Source: an uncultured virus (IMG/VR IMGVR_UViG_3300033821_000010)
Taxonomy: Duplodnaviria > Heunggongvirae > Uroviricota > Caudoviricetes
Direction: 5' to 3' (one strand)
Virus record (IMG/VR): IMGVR_UViG_3300033821_000010
DNA length: 64,000 nt
Positions 20,537-29,711 of the stretch are shown one piece after another. The position numbers and the translations under genes are program-made. The notes under the pieces are model-generated. The model did no database searches, was not told the origin of the DNA, and saw only the letters and a list, made by a program, of their open reading frames with translations. Numbering within the stretch: the first letter of the stretch is position 1; each line of letters starts with the position of its first letter.

Positions 20537-21346
20537 TTATACTCTGTTCTGTTTGTTCATAAACTCTTTAAATATTTTCCTCTTTCTTTCCAAACAGAGG
20601 TAACTCCCATCACTATACAAAATATCAAATAAATGTAATAACGTCTCTCTCTTGTTGGTGTTCAAAAAACCAAAATCCTTTTTTTCTCCATCAAAATACC
20701 AAGGTATGTACAAATTGAAATGCTCTAACAAAGTTTTCTGGACATAGGACAAACTCTTAGGATGTCCATAAAGACTGAAAACAAATTTACCATTTTTTCT
20801 CTTTTTGCTAATGCTTCCGTCTCCGTCAAACCAACCACGCAACACTTGAATAAACGCATTTTCACTTAAATATGGCACTATAAATCCGTCCGACTTCCTT
20901 CTTACCAAATTAAACTTTTGTAATAACTCTCTCGCATATTTTGCAGGAATAGTAATCCTGTACATCTTTCTAGTTTTCCTTTTATGTACGACACATCCTA
21001 ATCGTTTTGCAATGTCATCTAAAATCTGTCTATCCTTCAACTCCAATTGAACCTGCTTCTTCTTTGTTACGTTCCCGTCTGCAAATAACAAACCCAAAAC
21101 GTATGCCATAAATGAATTTAATCCATGCGCTTCACTTATAACGTTATTACCTCCTGACAAAAGCTTCCTACGTCTGATGAACTTCTTAGCCTTATTTACT
21201 TGAGTAATACTAAATCTTCTATGACCGCCCGTTGTTCTAATGGCTTTTAATGCACCTTTAAAAGCCAAACGTCTTATTTTGTCAATAGATAGACCACTGA
21301 GTTTTGCTAGATTGGAAGTTGTTAAAGTCGCAACTCCCATTCCCAT
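20537..21346 (-). CDS. Free-standing LAGLIDADG homing endonuclease with N-terminal MerR/IS607-type HTH
   Basis: Two motifs, AYVLGLLFADG and VLRGWFDGDGSI; C-terminal LERK; N-terminal 'IRRLAFKGALKAIRTTGGHRRF' HTH. Confidence 0.85.
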   Translation of the reverse strand: MGMGVATLTTSNLAKLSGLSIDKIRRLAFKGALKAIRTTGGHRRFSITQVNKAKKFIRRRKLLSGGNNVISEAHGLNSFMAYVLGLLFADGNVTKKKQVQLELKDRQILDDIAKRLGCVVHKRKTRKMYRITIPAKYARELLQKFNLVRRKSDGFIVPYLSENAFIQVLRGWFDGDGSISKKRKNGKFVFSLYGHPKSLSYVQKTLLEHFNLYIPWYFDGEKKDFGFLNTNKRETLLHLFDILYSDGSYLCLERKRKIFKEFMNKQNRV

Positions 21347-21371
21347 TTGTATATCCTCCTAGTTCAACCTT

Positions 21372-21398
21372 CTATAGCTACCTACATATCAAAAAATT
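21372..21398 (-). promoter_or_regulatory. Putative phage late-promoter motif (TTTTTTGATA-N10-TATAG)
   Basis: Same motif recurs upstream of several structural-region genes (see findings). Confidence 0.45.
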
Positions 21399-21422
21399 AT
21401 GACACATTCCACTTGCCGTTCT

Positions 21423-22388
21423 CTAATATGGTTTTATTAAAAAATTATCACAAAGAATCCTGTCCAAGCGCATAAAAGTTTGCTCACCTGTAAATTGCTG
21501 TCCTTGGCCTCTTAGAAAATCCCCTATTCTGCTAAGATAGCCTTGATATTCACTCTCTGGCATTTTTTCACAGTAGTCCATGATTTTCACCAAATCATAG
21601 TCAAATTTGCGCATGTCTATAAAAAGCGACGGGTCTATCATCTGCTCAATATTCCAAGCACCGGCATATATGGGCACCGCAGCAGCCAAAAACCCATGAA
21701 ATATCTTCTCTGTCATATAATTCACTGAGTAGTAATCATCATGCGTATTCTCAGTGGCGAACACAAATTTGGTCTTGGTCATCAAACCTCTGGCGTCTGT
21801 GAATTTGATTGGTGAAGACCGTTGACCATTCATATAGATTTCACCACCATAATTTTTATCTTCACGTGACCAGCCATAACCATAATATTTAAAACTTCGA
21901 TTAGCAGCCGCCTTTACAATTTCGTCTCTCATCCATCCAAAATAACAAGGTGGTTGGCCTTGTTTCGGCGGCTTCTTTCCTAACACCATTCCAAACGTGA
22001 AGTCCACTTTTTTGTTTTTGACAGCCTCTTCATAAATAGACAGTTCTTTAGTCCACCAGCCAAAAATTGATAGAGCTTTCGTATTCTGCTGTTTACAATA
22101 ATTTGGGTTAAAGTGCAAACGCAAATTGAATCGTTTATCAGTATCGTAGATGCAATACTGAGGCTGTAGATAGTAGAATGATTCTGCAAACCATGAAACT
22201 TGTGGACATCGTGCACCATACAAATACTCATTGCCGTTTGTGGTCAGCCAAATATCTTCAACATCCCAACCGTTTCCACCATAGCCATTTACCCATTCAT
22301 AATTCAAAGGTAAGGGTTTGATGTTGTTAAGTTCTAACTCCGATTCTTGTTGACTCCACGACCTCCAAAACACTTTTCTTTTCATCAA
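21423..22388 (-). CDS. Glycosyltransferase family 10 (fucosyltransferase-like)
   Basis: GT10 signature KFVFATEN...NYMTEKIFHGFLAAAVPIYAG. Confidence 0.8.
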   Translation of the reverse strand: MMKRKVFWRSWSQQESELELNNIKPLPLNYEWVNGYGGNGWDVEDIWLTTNGNEYLYGARCPQVSWFAESFYYLQPQYCIYDTDKRFNLRLHFNPNYCKQQNTKALSIFGWWTKELSIYEEAVKNKKVDFTFGMVLGKKPPKQGQPPCYFGWMRDEIVKAAANRSFKYYGYGWSREDKNYGGEIYMNGQRSSPIKFTDARGLMTKTKFVFATENTHDDYYSVNYMTEKIFHGFLAAAVPIYAGAWNIEQMIDPSLFIDMRKFDYDLVKIMDYCEKMPESEYQGYLSRIGDFLRGQGQQFTGEQTFMRLDRILCDNFLIKPY

Positions 22389-22399
22389 TAGTATCCTTT

Positions 22400-23176
22400 T
22401 TAGGAAATGATACGCTCCTTTATGTTCCGAATCGCAAAACTATCTCCCACAGTCCCTGTGTTAGCACTTGCGTATGTCACGCTTCCAACATCTAAATACC
22501 GTGTTGCCGTAGTCCCTATTGGTATAACAGTACCCGGAGCCGTCAATGCTGGAATTGTAACCATTGTAGTCTGAAGATTCCCCACTTTGTCTATTCCTGT
22601 GATGTTCAAATCGCATCGGACACCACCAAAAGTCGTAACCACAATTCTTAATTGTGTCGCGGCAAAATTTCCCCCCGTTGCTCTTCTATAAGGAGTTGGG
22701 TAGCCATAATTCACACCGTCAACGAACTGGATAACCGGCCCTACTAGTATATTGATTGTACCAAATAGCGAGTCAGATTCGCAGAAAACATTGTCCGCAT
22801 ACATCCAATTTCCGTTAAGGATGCAAAATAACTGGTTAAAATAGTCACTCTCGCGTATATTATTTGTAGCACAATAGTTGTCCACGCCACCAAAAAAACC
22901 CACCCTATAAAAATGCGATTCAAAGGAAGATATGACGGAAAGCTGATTTGAAAAACCACCCCTGACAATCAAACCTGTACGTTGAAGCATATCAGATACG
23001 GCAGCAGGATTAATCATAGGAAGCTCAACATCGGGGTCATCTGTAATCGTTATCGTTGAACAATACGATGGACCACCAAGACTTGTATATGTGGCAAGAA
23101 GTTCTGTCAAATGTTTATATTGACTCGCTTCTTTATCACAAATCGCTAGAAACGTGGGCACCGTAATCAGAGGCAT
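22400..23176 (-). CDS. Hypothetical virion structural protein
   Basis: Likely start MPLITV at 23176 after AGGAAGAG; Thr/Gly-rich beta-type C-terminal half; structural gene context. Confidence 0.55.
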   Translation of the reverse strand: MPLITVPTFLAICDKEASQYKHLTELLATYTSLGGPSYCSTITITDDPDVELPMINPAAVSDMLQRTGLIVRGGFSNQLSVISSFESHFYRVGFFGGVDNYCATNNIRESDYFNQLFCILNGNWMYADNVFCESDSLFGTINILVGPVIQFVDGVNYGYPTPYRRATGGNFAATQLRIVVTTFGGVRCDLNITGIDKVGNLQTTMVTIPALTAPGTVIPIGTTATRYLDVGSVTYASANTGTVGDSFAIRNIKERIIS

Positions 23177-23177
23177 T

Positions 23178-23471
23178 TTACTCTTCCTTAACTTGTTCTT
23201 GCCGTTTAACATACAATTCAATTGAACGTTTGTAATCAGCCACTTTCTTTTTCATAGATTCTAAAATTATGAGAGAAATGTCACAACGGTCAGTAATGTC
23301 AATATACTGATTCTGCAAATTAAGTAATTCTAAATCTTCATTTTCTGTATTCCCTAAAATTGTAATAGTATCAGATGCCGCGTTAATGTTGTTTCGCAGC
23401 GATATATATTGCCTTGCCAAAAGGCGCATATCATTATTGATGTTGAGCTTCAGATAATTCGGATGGTCCAT
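23178..23471 (-). CDS. Hypothetical protein (coiled-coil)
   Basis: 97-aa ORF in tightly packed operon. Confidence 0.55.
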   Translation of the reverse strand: MDHPNYLKLNINNDMRLLARQYISLRNNINAASDTITILGNTENEDLELLNLQNQYIDITDRCDISLIILESMKKKVADYKRSIELYVKRQEQVKEE

Positions 23472-23715
23472 TTTTAAGCTTGCTCGCTCCTATTTGAATG
23501 CGCCGTATTTTCTTCTCCCATTCCTCTATATCTACCAACATATCATCACAAAGTTCCAAACCAAATTCTAAGTCAAATTCTATCTCAAATGCCTTGATTA
23601 AATCTCTGTTGTCTTGATGCACTGTTTCACCAGTGGTCATAGACTTGTCATATTTCAAGCGTAAGTTGACATTGCTAAATAAAGCTTTAAGCTGTGCCAG
23701 TTCTGCTTGCGTCAC
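23434..23715 (-). CDS. Hypothetical protein
   Basis: 93 aa, GTG start after AAGGGG, preceded by the promoter-like motif at 23729-23750. Confidence 0.55.
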   Translation of the reverse strand: MTQAELAQLKALFSNVNLRLKYDKSMTTGETVHQDNRDLIKAFEIEFDLEFGLELCDDMLVDIEEWEKKIRRIQIGASKLKNGPSELSEAQHQ

Positions 23716-23750
23716 AATAGTCTACCCCTTATACTACACAAATATAAAAA

Positions 23751-24320
23751 TTATGTAGGTTTAATCTTATCAAACCGCACAATAGTAGGGTCTTCAACAC
23801 TGCCAATCTGCCATTTCCATTCTGGATAAGGCTCGTGCACTAATACAAATAAACTGAATTCTGCTGTCCTAATAGAACCATCCTTATTCGCATTGTATGT
23901 CACATCTTCCACAAGTGAGTCCAAAATAATGCTGTCAACTAAACCATATGTAGGTTCCCATTTTTTCTCATTCAAAATTTTCATCTGTAAGTTGGTTGGG
24001 TCAGTCAAAATCTCTACAATAGTAGTAGTCAACTTTGCGATATACTCTACACCATAGTCTTCATTGTCGTTTACAACAGTCAGCGTGCAAGTGAAGTTGT
24101 AACGTGGTCTTTGACTTCGGCAACTGTACCATTCTATGGCAGCGTTCTGTGGTTCTATTTCAAGAGCCGGAAAAGCGTCTCTTGGAAGAGTTTTTCTCAT
24201 CCCTTCAAAAACATTAAGCGGTCTGTCTTCATATTCTTTGATGACAGTATTTATATTATCTTTGTTCCTTTCAAGAAGGGAGAGATACGTTTTGACTATA
24301 TTTGAGACGTTAGTATACAT
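23751..24320 (-). CDS. Putative tail terminator / tail completion protein
   Basis: 189 aa; 'DAFPALEIEP' and alternating beta/alpha pattern resemble tail-completion proteins; upstream of tube genes. Confidence 0.45.
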   Translation of the reverse strand: MYTNVSNIVKTYLSLLERNKDNINTVIKEYEDRPLNVFEGMRKTLPRDAFPALEIEPQNAAIEWYSCRSQRPRYNFTCTLTVVNDNEDYGVEYIAKLTTTIVEILTDPTNLQMKILNEKKWEPTYGLVDSIILDSLVEDVTYNANKDGSIRTAEFSLFVLVHEPYPEWKWQIGSVEDPTIVRFDKIKPT

Positions 24321-24397
24321 AATCTACCCGCTACCAATCCCACCATAGGCTAATATCCAATAATTATCAAAGGTATAAATTGTTACTGTATAATAAT

Positions 24398-24754
24398 TTA
24401 TGGTTGCCATATACCAAAATGCGAAGCAATAGCTTGCGAAGATGGTCTGACAGATTGCAAGTCTTGTTGACTACTTACACCAGCACGACGGAATAAATGT
24501 GGCGGGACGGCTTTATCACCACCTATCGTGCTTGTGAAATCGCCTTCTGCTTGAGTAATTTTATCTCCTACTACATTGGAACTATGGCCTGCTTGTGCCG
24601 CTGCAAAATTAGGTCCATAGGCAGTCTGAGATTGAGAAAAATTTGAACCATACAAGGGTTGAGCACCTCCCGTAAGCTGATTTTCAATAGCAGTCACATT
24701 AACTTGATTCGGTTTTCCTGGCTGCGAATCCGGGTTTTTTACGTAATAACTCAC
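24398..24754 (-). CDS. Hypothetical protein (Gln/Ser/Gly-rich)
   Basis: 118 aa, GGAG RBS within the end of the cca gene. Confidence 0.55.
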   Translation of the reverse strand: MSYYVKNPDSQPGKPNQVNVTAIENQLTGGAQPLYGSNFSQSQTAYGPNFAAAQAGHSSNVVGDKITQAEGDFTSTIGGDKAVPPHLFRRAGVSSQQDLQSVRPSSQAIASHFGIWQP

Positions 24755-24756
24755 GG

Positions 24757-26232
24757 TTATTCTCCTTTGCTAAAATGCAATATCACTTCGTGTTCCGCGT
24801 CCTCTTTTGTAAGTTGCTTTCCTTGTTCTGCATATTCATCGGCTAAGCCCATTAAGAATGACGTTACTTTGCCGATGATTGGCCCTGCTTTTACGTTCAA
24901 AATCTGCATTATTTCATTGCCGTCAAGCACTGGTTTTTTGCCTACTTGAACAGGCGATTCTCTTATTTTCCTTACACGTTCCTTCAATTCAGGGACTCTA
25001 TTATTCACTGGTAAGCTACCTTTGGCATCTGCTTCTGCCAAATCCAACAAAGTATCCGCTAATTCGTCTCCCATTTCCCGAAGGAACTTGCGCAAAGACT
25101 TTTCACTTGCATCAAAAAGAGTCAAAGGGCGCATGTGATTTTCAACTAATTTTACTATCGTCTGAATCGTTTTAGCATCAAATTTCAGGCGATAGAGTAT
25201 GGCTTCGGCAATCTTAGCACCAGTTTCCGCATGACCGTGAAACTTGATTTCTTCACCAAGAATCTGTTGTGTGGCTGGCTTTCCAATATCATGTAATAAA
25301 GCCGCCATTTGACCTTCAATAGTGGGCGGTGCGTTTTTCAAGACCATCATTGTATGACGGAAAGCATTACCTTCGCTGTGATATTTAGGACTTTGTTCCG
25401 TCTTTTCAAGGTCCATGACTTCAGGCAGAATATACTGTAAAAGACCTGTTGCCTTCATCAACCTAATTGCTTTATGAAGTTTACCCAATGTCATTATCTT
25501 CTGTAATTCTCCCATAATGCGCTCGGCAGAAATTATCTTAATTCTATTAGCATTGCGTTTCACAGTATTAAGCACAGATATTGGTATTTTCCAACCATAT
25601 TTACAATAAAATCTTACGAGCCGCAGCATTCTTAGAGGGTCATCTGTGAAAATTTTATCCAATGAGACTTTTGGATGGCCGCGCAATATTCCTTCTTCAA
25701 TATCATGTTTGCTCACGCCCGTCATATCTAATACTTCACCAGTGCTTAAATCCTTCAAGAGCATATTTACTGTAAAATCTCTGCGCTCTATATCATCTTG
25801 AATCGTGCCAAATTCTGTTTTTCTTTGACGCGACATTTCATCAGGGAAACTTTCTTTCATTGTATCGGCAAACTCTATTATGGCTCCTTCGGTTTTGTAG
25901 ATTTCGTTCTTATAAGTGATATCTTCCTTAAAGGTGATTTGCCAAATAGGATAACCCGCCCCCATTTGATGTGGGTTGGTTACTGCCGGATAGAAAATCT
26001 TAGAGATGTAATGAGTTAGCTTTTCTGCTCCATCCTTCATTTCAACTACTACATCAAGGTCTTTGGCATCCAAGCCCATATGTTCATCTCTGTTATATCC
26101 ACCAACTGAGAATGTCTTACCGGCAAAAGATGTACCACTAAGAACAACTTTTAACAATCGTTCCACTTCCTTTTCAGCTTGTCCAGAAAGGATTGCTTTT
26201 GCTATTTTTTCTGTTATGTTGGCCAAAATCAT
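24757..26232 (-). CDS. cca: CCA tRNA nucleotidyltransferase (class II) with HD domain
   Basis: VGG..RD...KDLDV, DIERRDFTVN, DDPLRMLRLVRF, SAERI.GEL, H.EG....HT, LLHDIGK, FHGHAETG, ADAKG motifs. CCA versus poly(A) polymerase specificity is inferred from the HD fusion. Confidence 0.9.
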   Translation of the reverse strand: MILANITEKIAKAILSGQAEKEVERLLKVVLSGTSFAGKTFSVGGYNRDEHMGLDAKDLDVVVEMKDGAEKLTHYISKIFYPAVTNPHQMGAGYPIWQITFKEDITYKNEIYKTEGAIIEFADTMKESFPDEMSRQRKTEFGTIQDDIERRDFTVNMLLKDLSTGEVLDMTGVSKHDIEEGILRGHPKVSLDKIFTDDPLRMLRLVRFYCKYGWKIPISVLNTVKRNANRIKIISAERIMGELQKIMTLGKLHKAIRLMKATGLLQYILPEVMDLEKTEQSPKYHSEGNAFRHTMMVLKNAPPTIEGQMAALLHDIGKPATQQILGEEIKFHGHAETGAKIAEAILYRLKFDAKTIQTIVKLVENHMRPLTLFDASEKSLRKFLREMGDELADTLLDLAEADAKGSLPVNNRVPELKERVRKIRESPVQVGKKPVLDGNEIMQILNVKAGPIIGKVTSFLMGLADEYAEQGKQLTKEDAEHEVILHFSKGE

Positions 26233-26250
26233 ATCTAGACTCCGTTATTG

Positions 26251-26661
26251 TTATATGCTTCTTCTAATTTCTTCTAGTGTAAGGTCGTCTATTTTTCGAT
26301 GTTCTTCGTCAACATTTAAACGGCTCTCTGTAGACGTAATCCAATTTTTAGTCAATCTAATAATGCGCTTCAATTCAAATTGGAAATCATGTGGGAAAGC
26401 ATATTCAAACTCTTCAGTCTTAATTATGCTCCAACCCAATCCATGTTGAATGGCATAATCAATTTTCCAATCATGATGCCGCAAAACAATCATAACAATG
26501 CGATTATTGGGGAAGTCTTCGTAAATATACTTTGCTTCTTGTCTCATTGCCATACCACGTTGGAATTTCATATTACCGACAAAAAATGTCTCAGGGTAGT
26601 TAAGGTCAAAAGTAGTGGCAACAATGTTCTCCATTACCCTTTGAGCATTTATTTTACGCAT
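26251..26661 (-). CDS. Hypothetical protein with leader-like N-terminus
   Basis: 136 aa, GGAG RBS; begins MRKINAQRVMENIVA. Confidence 0.6.
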   Translation of the reverse strand: MRKINAQRVMENIVATTFDLNYPETFFVGNMKFQRGMAMRQEAKYIYEDFPNNRIVMIVLRHHDWKIDYAIQHGLGWSIIKTEEFEYAFPHDFQFELKRIIRLTKNWITSTESRLNVDEEHRKIDDLTLEEIRRSI

Positions 26662-26677
26662 ATGTATTCTCCCACCA

Positions 26678-29600
26678 TTATTCCAAATTTGAGTTTTCTA
26701 GAGCACTAAAAGCGTAGTCCAAGCTCTTCATAAGTTGTTGCTTGTTTAAGAAGACTGCATTGTTAAAAGCATCTGTAAAATATTCTTCCATATCGGCAAA
26801 AGCTTTATTATTACGCGAGATGAAATCTGTTCCTACACCTAATTTATCGTCAGTAAAAGTAATTACAAAATCAGAATCCCACCACTTTATATTCAAGTTG
26901 TTTCCATTAATAAACCATCTTAAATTTTTGTGCATGTGTTTATTGTTTTGAAGATAGTCAAGGGTAATTTCAATACCATCATCTTCATTAAAATTTTCTG
27001 ACGCTGTTTTTTCATCCTTGTTTTCCACAATTTCTCTTGTCTTCTGTTTAATCTGTTCCCGTGTCAAATTCACCACAGGAATAGGCAAGTCAAATATCAT
27101 AACTGTTCCAGCATCTTCTGCCAAGATAATTTGAATTGGTTGGGAGCCGCGCCTTGCTGTATAAATTTTTTGGTATTTTAAACTACCCCTTCTACAAAGA
27201 GATGCTTCTTTGTTCATAAGCCACTTTTTTTCTGAAGCAAGTAAAGGCCAAGCACCCAATTTTTTAATGATTGCTTCTGGGTTGGTTGCCTCACCATCAA
27301 TCACCTCCCAAAGTTGTTTCCATTCTTCATCTGTGAATTTTTTCTTCTCTATTTCAAGCTTTTTCTTTATCTCTTCAATACCTGCTTTTGTGTCAGAACC
27401 AGATTCTTGTATTATTTTAGAAGCTTGTTGGAAAGAAGCTCTGGCTGTATTGGTGATAAAATCCTTCATACCTTCATTAGTTGCACTGTCAATTGGTTCA
27501 TCGTCAATGCCGTCTATATTAAGCTGAACTCGCGATTTTCCCTGTTCACCAAAAATTGTGCTTCCTTTTGTGCCTTCAATTGCTTTGCCACCACCCATGT
27601 CTTTGGCAAAACCCTTGAATTTGTTAGCCGAAACTGCATCACCAAAAAGCATATCCACTGTATGACCTTCTGGTGAATATTTCATATCAACATTCATTGT
27701 GTTTTTATTTTTATCAAAAGCAAAACCTTTAAGTCTGCCACTATATCGGCTTAAAATGTCCTTTGTTGTATAGTCCATCATCTTACTCGTTTCATCAATG
27801 GACTTATGCAATAGTTCTTTATCAGAATCAACAATGTCATTATCACTATCAAGATGGTCGTGTAACTGACTTGTAATTTCCTTTTGTAAACCTTCATCTT
27901 TGGCATCTACAGCCATGCGTAGTTTACAAGCCAATTTCATAGCTTTGGGAGACTTGATGAATAAATCCTGAACCTTATCTTGTCCAAACAAAGCAAGATT
28001 ATCTGCTAGTCTTACAGATGAAGCAAGAGGGTCATTTTCCCAATCTAATTTTGGTTCATCGTGCGTTCTAACAATTTCCTTGAATTTGGCAGCAGAACCT
28101 TCACCAAAAATATGATTATATCTATCTTCTTCGGCACCTACAACAACAGCAGAATTATCTTTATGTTCGTTTCCACTACGAGCTTCAGTTGCTGCCTTGC
28201 CCAACGTATAACCAATATCATGGTTGGCTTGGATGCTCAATGCCATGAATTTATCTTTGCCAGTAACTTTAACACCAGATTTTTGTAACTGGTCTAACAT
28301 GGAAAGAGAATTTCTGGCATTGGCCGTAGCGTGACGAATACCATGGTCACCTAAAGAGCGACGTTTGGTTTCTGCTTCTTGATGTAACATTCTCTTTAAA
28401 TCTTCACGGATATATTCGTCTAAATCGGTTTGGCTAACACCCTCAAAAGAGCCGTCATTTAAACCTTCTTGAATAGAATTAAGCACATCATCTACATGAT
28501 TATTAACCATTTTATTTGTATGCTTGCTTAATATCTTGTCATAACGTTTCAGAACGCTACCAGTAGTTCCCTTTGTTTGTTTGATAAAATCCTTAATATT
28601 CGCTTTGGATACTTTTGATTTTTCTTTATTTTTTTCCTCTTTTACATCATCATCTGCTATGGTGTCCAAAGTTGTTTGAACATTTTTTATATATGTTTTG
28701 TGTACTTCTGCTGGTGGTTTACCTTTAACATCCGCATAATCAGACATACCTTTATGAGCAACCTCGCCTCTTTCCATAGCATCCGTCAATTGTTTCTTTG
28801 TGTTATCATCTAATTGACCATACTTCTTTTCAGAGCCATCGGGGAATTTAATTACAGTTTGAGGAGACAATTGGACCGGATTTAGTTTATGCGTATCCCA
28901 AGAATCGGAATCCGGTATGCCCATTTTTCCTATTTCTTCTCTCATCAAATTAGCTTGCTCTTCAGGTTTATATCCTTTTTGAAGTTTCATCATTTGAAGA
29001 GAGGGTTTCTTCTTAGGCTTATCTTTTAAGGCAGGAACTTTTCTGCCACTTTGAGGCTGCTGCTGTGGCGGTTGTTGCACAGGCTGTGGTTGTGGCTGCA
29101 CGGCTTGTGGTTGTGCTGGCTGTGGTGGTACAGGCTGCGCGGGCTGTTTTGGAACTGGCTGTGATTCTTTCCCCGGTTTCTTTTTCCCTTCTTCTGGCAC
29201 AGCAGAAGGTGGTTGACCCATTGGTCCTACAATATCTGTTACTGGAATTTGTTCCTCTTTTGGTTTTACATGATGCAAACTTTTATCAGCATCTGGATGT
29301 TCTTCCAAATAGTTTTCCAGTTCTTTCTTCGTATCAAAATCAATAGCCTGCCTTCGTCTTGTGGCTCTTACCACCGCAAGTCTAAGCTCAGCATCAACCG
29401 TAGTAGCAACTCTTTTCATGGTCTTCCCCGTATTAGAATCTACAAGATAAATTATTTGTTCTTCTTCGCACCATACAGGAATTATCCTAGCTTTCCATGC
29501 TTTCAAAACTAATTGAACCGGGTCATCAGTACCAAAGTATTGTTCTACAAACGGAAGATATTTGTTTTTATAGGCCGGTGTCACTTTCACGTTTTCACGA

Positions 29601-29701
29601 CGAATAGAATTGAACTTTTCCAACTCCAAATCAATAGTACACTGCTCACCACCGCAGTCTACATTATCAACCCAAGGCACAGCTTTTCGCATTCTACGCA
29701 T
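26678..29701 (-). CDS. Large multidomain protein: internal HPDADK module, Pro/Gln linker, HD phosphohydrolase domain
   Basis: 'QA-IDFDTKKELENYLEEHPDADKSLHH' near aa 120; HD motifs DHGIRH...NHDIGY...EH...RTHD...RLADN. Confidence 0.75.
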   Translation of the reverse strand: MRRMRKAVPWVDNVDCGGEQCTIDLELEKFNSIRRENVKVTPAYKNKYLPFVEQYFGTDDPVQLVLKAWKARIIPVWCEEEQIIYLVDSNTGKTMKRVATTVDAELRLAVVRATRRRQAIDFDTKKELENYLEEHPDADKSLHHVKPKEEQIPVTDIVGPMGQPPSAVPEEGKKKPGKESQPVPKQPAQPVPPQPAQPQAVQPQPQPVQQPPQQQPQSGRKVPALKDKPKKKPSLQMMKLQKGYKPEEQANLMREEIGKMGIPDSDSWDTHKLNPVQLSPQTVIKFPDGSEKKYGQLDDNTKKQLTDAMERGEVAHKGMSDYADVKGKPPAEVHKTYIKNVQTTLDTIADDDVKEEKNKEKSKVSKANIKDFIKQTKGTTGSVLKRYDKILSKHTNKMVNNHVDDVLNSIQEGLNDGSFEGVSQTDLDEYIREDLKRMLHQEAETKRRSLGDHGIRHATANARNSLSMLDQLQKSGVKVTGKDKFMALSIQANHDIGYTLGKAATEARSGNEHKDNSAVVVGAEEDRYNHIFGEGSAAKFKEIVRTHDEPKLDWENDPLASSVRLADNLALFGQDKVQDLFIKSPKAMKLACKLRMAVDAKDEGLQKEITSQLHDHLDSDNDIVDSDKELLHKSIDETSKMMDYTTKDILSRYSGRLKGFAFDKNKNTMNVDMKYSPEGHTVDMLFGDAVSANKFKGFAKDMGGGKAIEGTKGSTIFGEQGKSRVQLNIDGIDDEPIDSATNEGMKDFITNTARASFQQASKIIQESGSDTKAGIEEIKKKLEIEKKKFTDEEWKQLWEVIDGEATNPEAIIKKLGAWPLLASEKKWLMNKEASLCRRGSLKYQKIYTARRGSQPIQIILAEDAGTVMIFDLPIPVVNLTREQIKQKTREIVENKDEKTASENFNEDDGIEITLDYLQNNKHMHKNLRWFINGNNLNIKWWDSDFVITFTDDKLGVGTDFISRNNKAFADMEEYFTDAFNNAVFLNKQQLMKSLDYAFSALENSNLE

Positions 29702-29711
29702 TGCTTATCTC

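Noticed and set aside
20537..21346. IS607 insertion sequence
   Set aside because: Only the HTH is IS607-like; there is no serine recombinase domain or TnpB, and the rest is LAGLIDADG.
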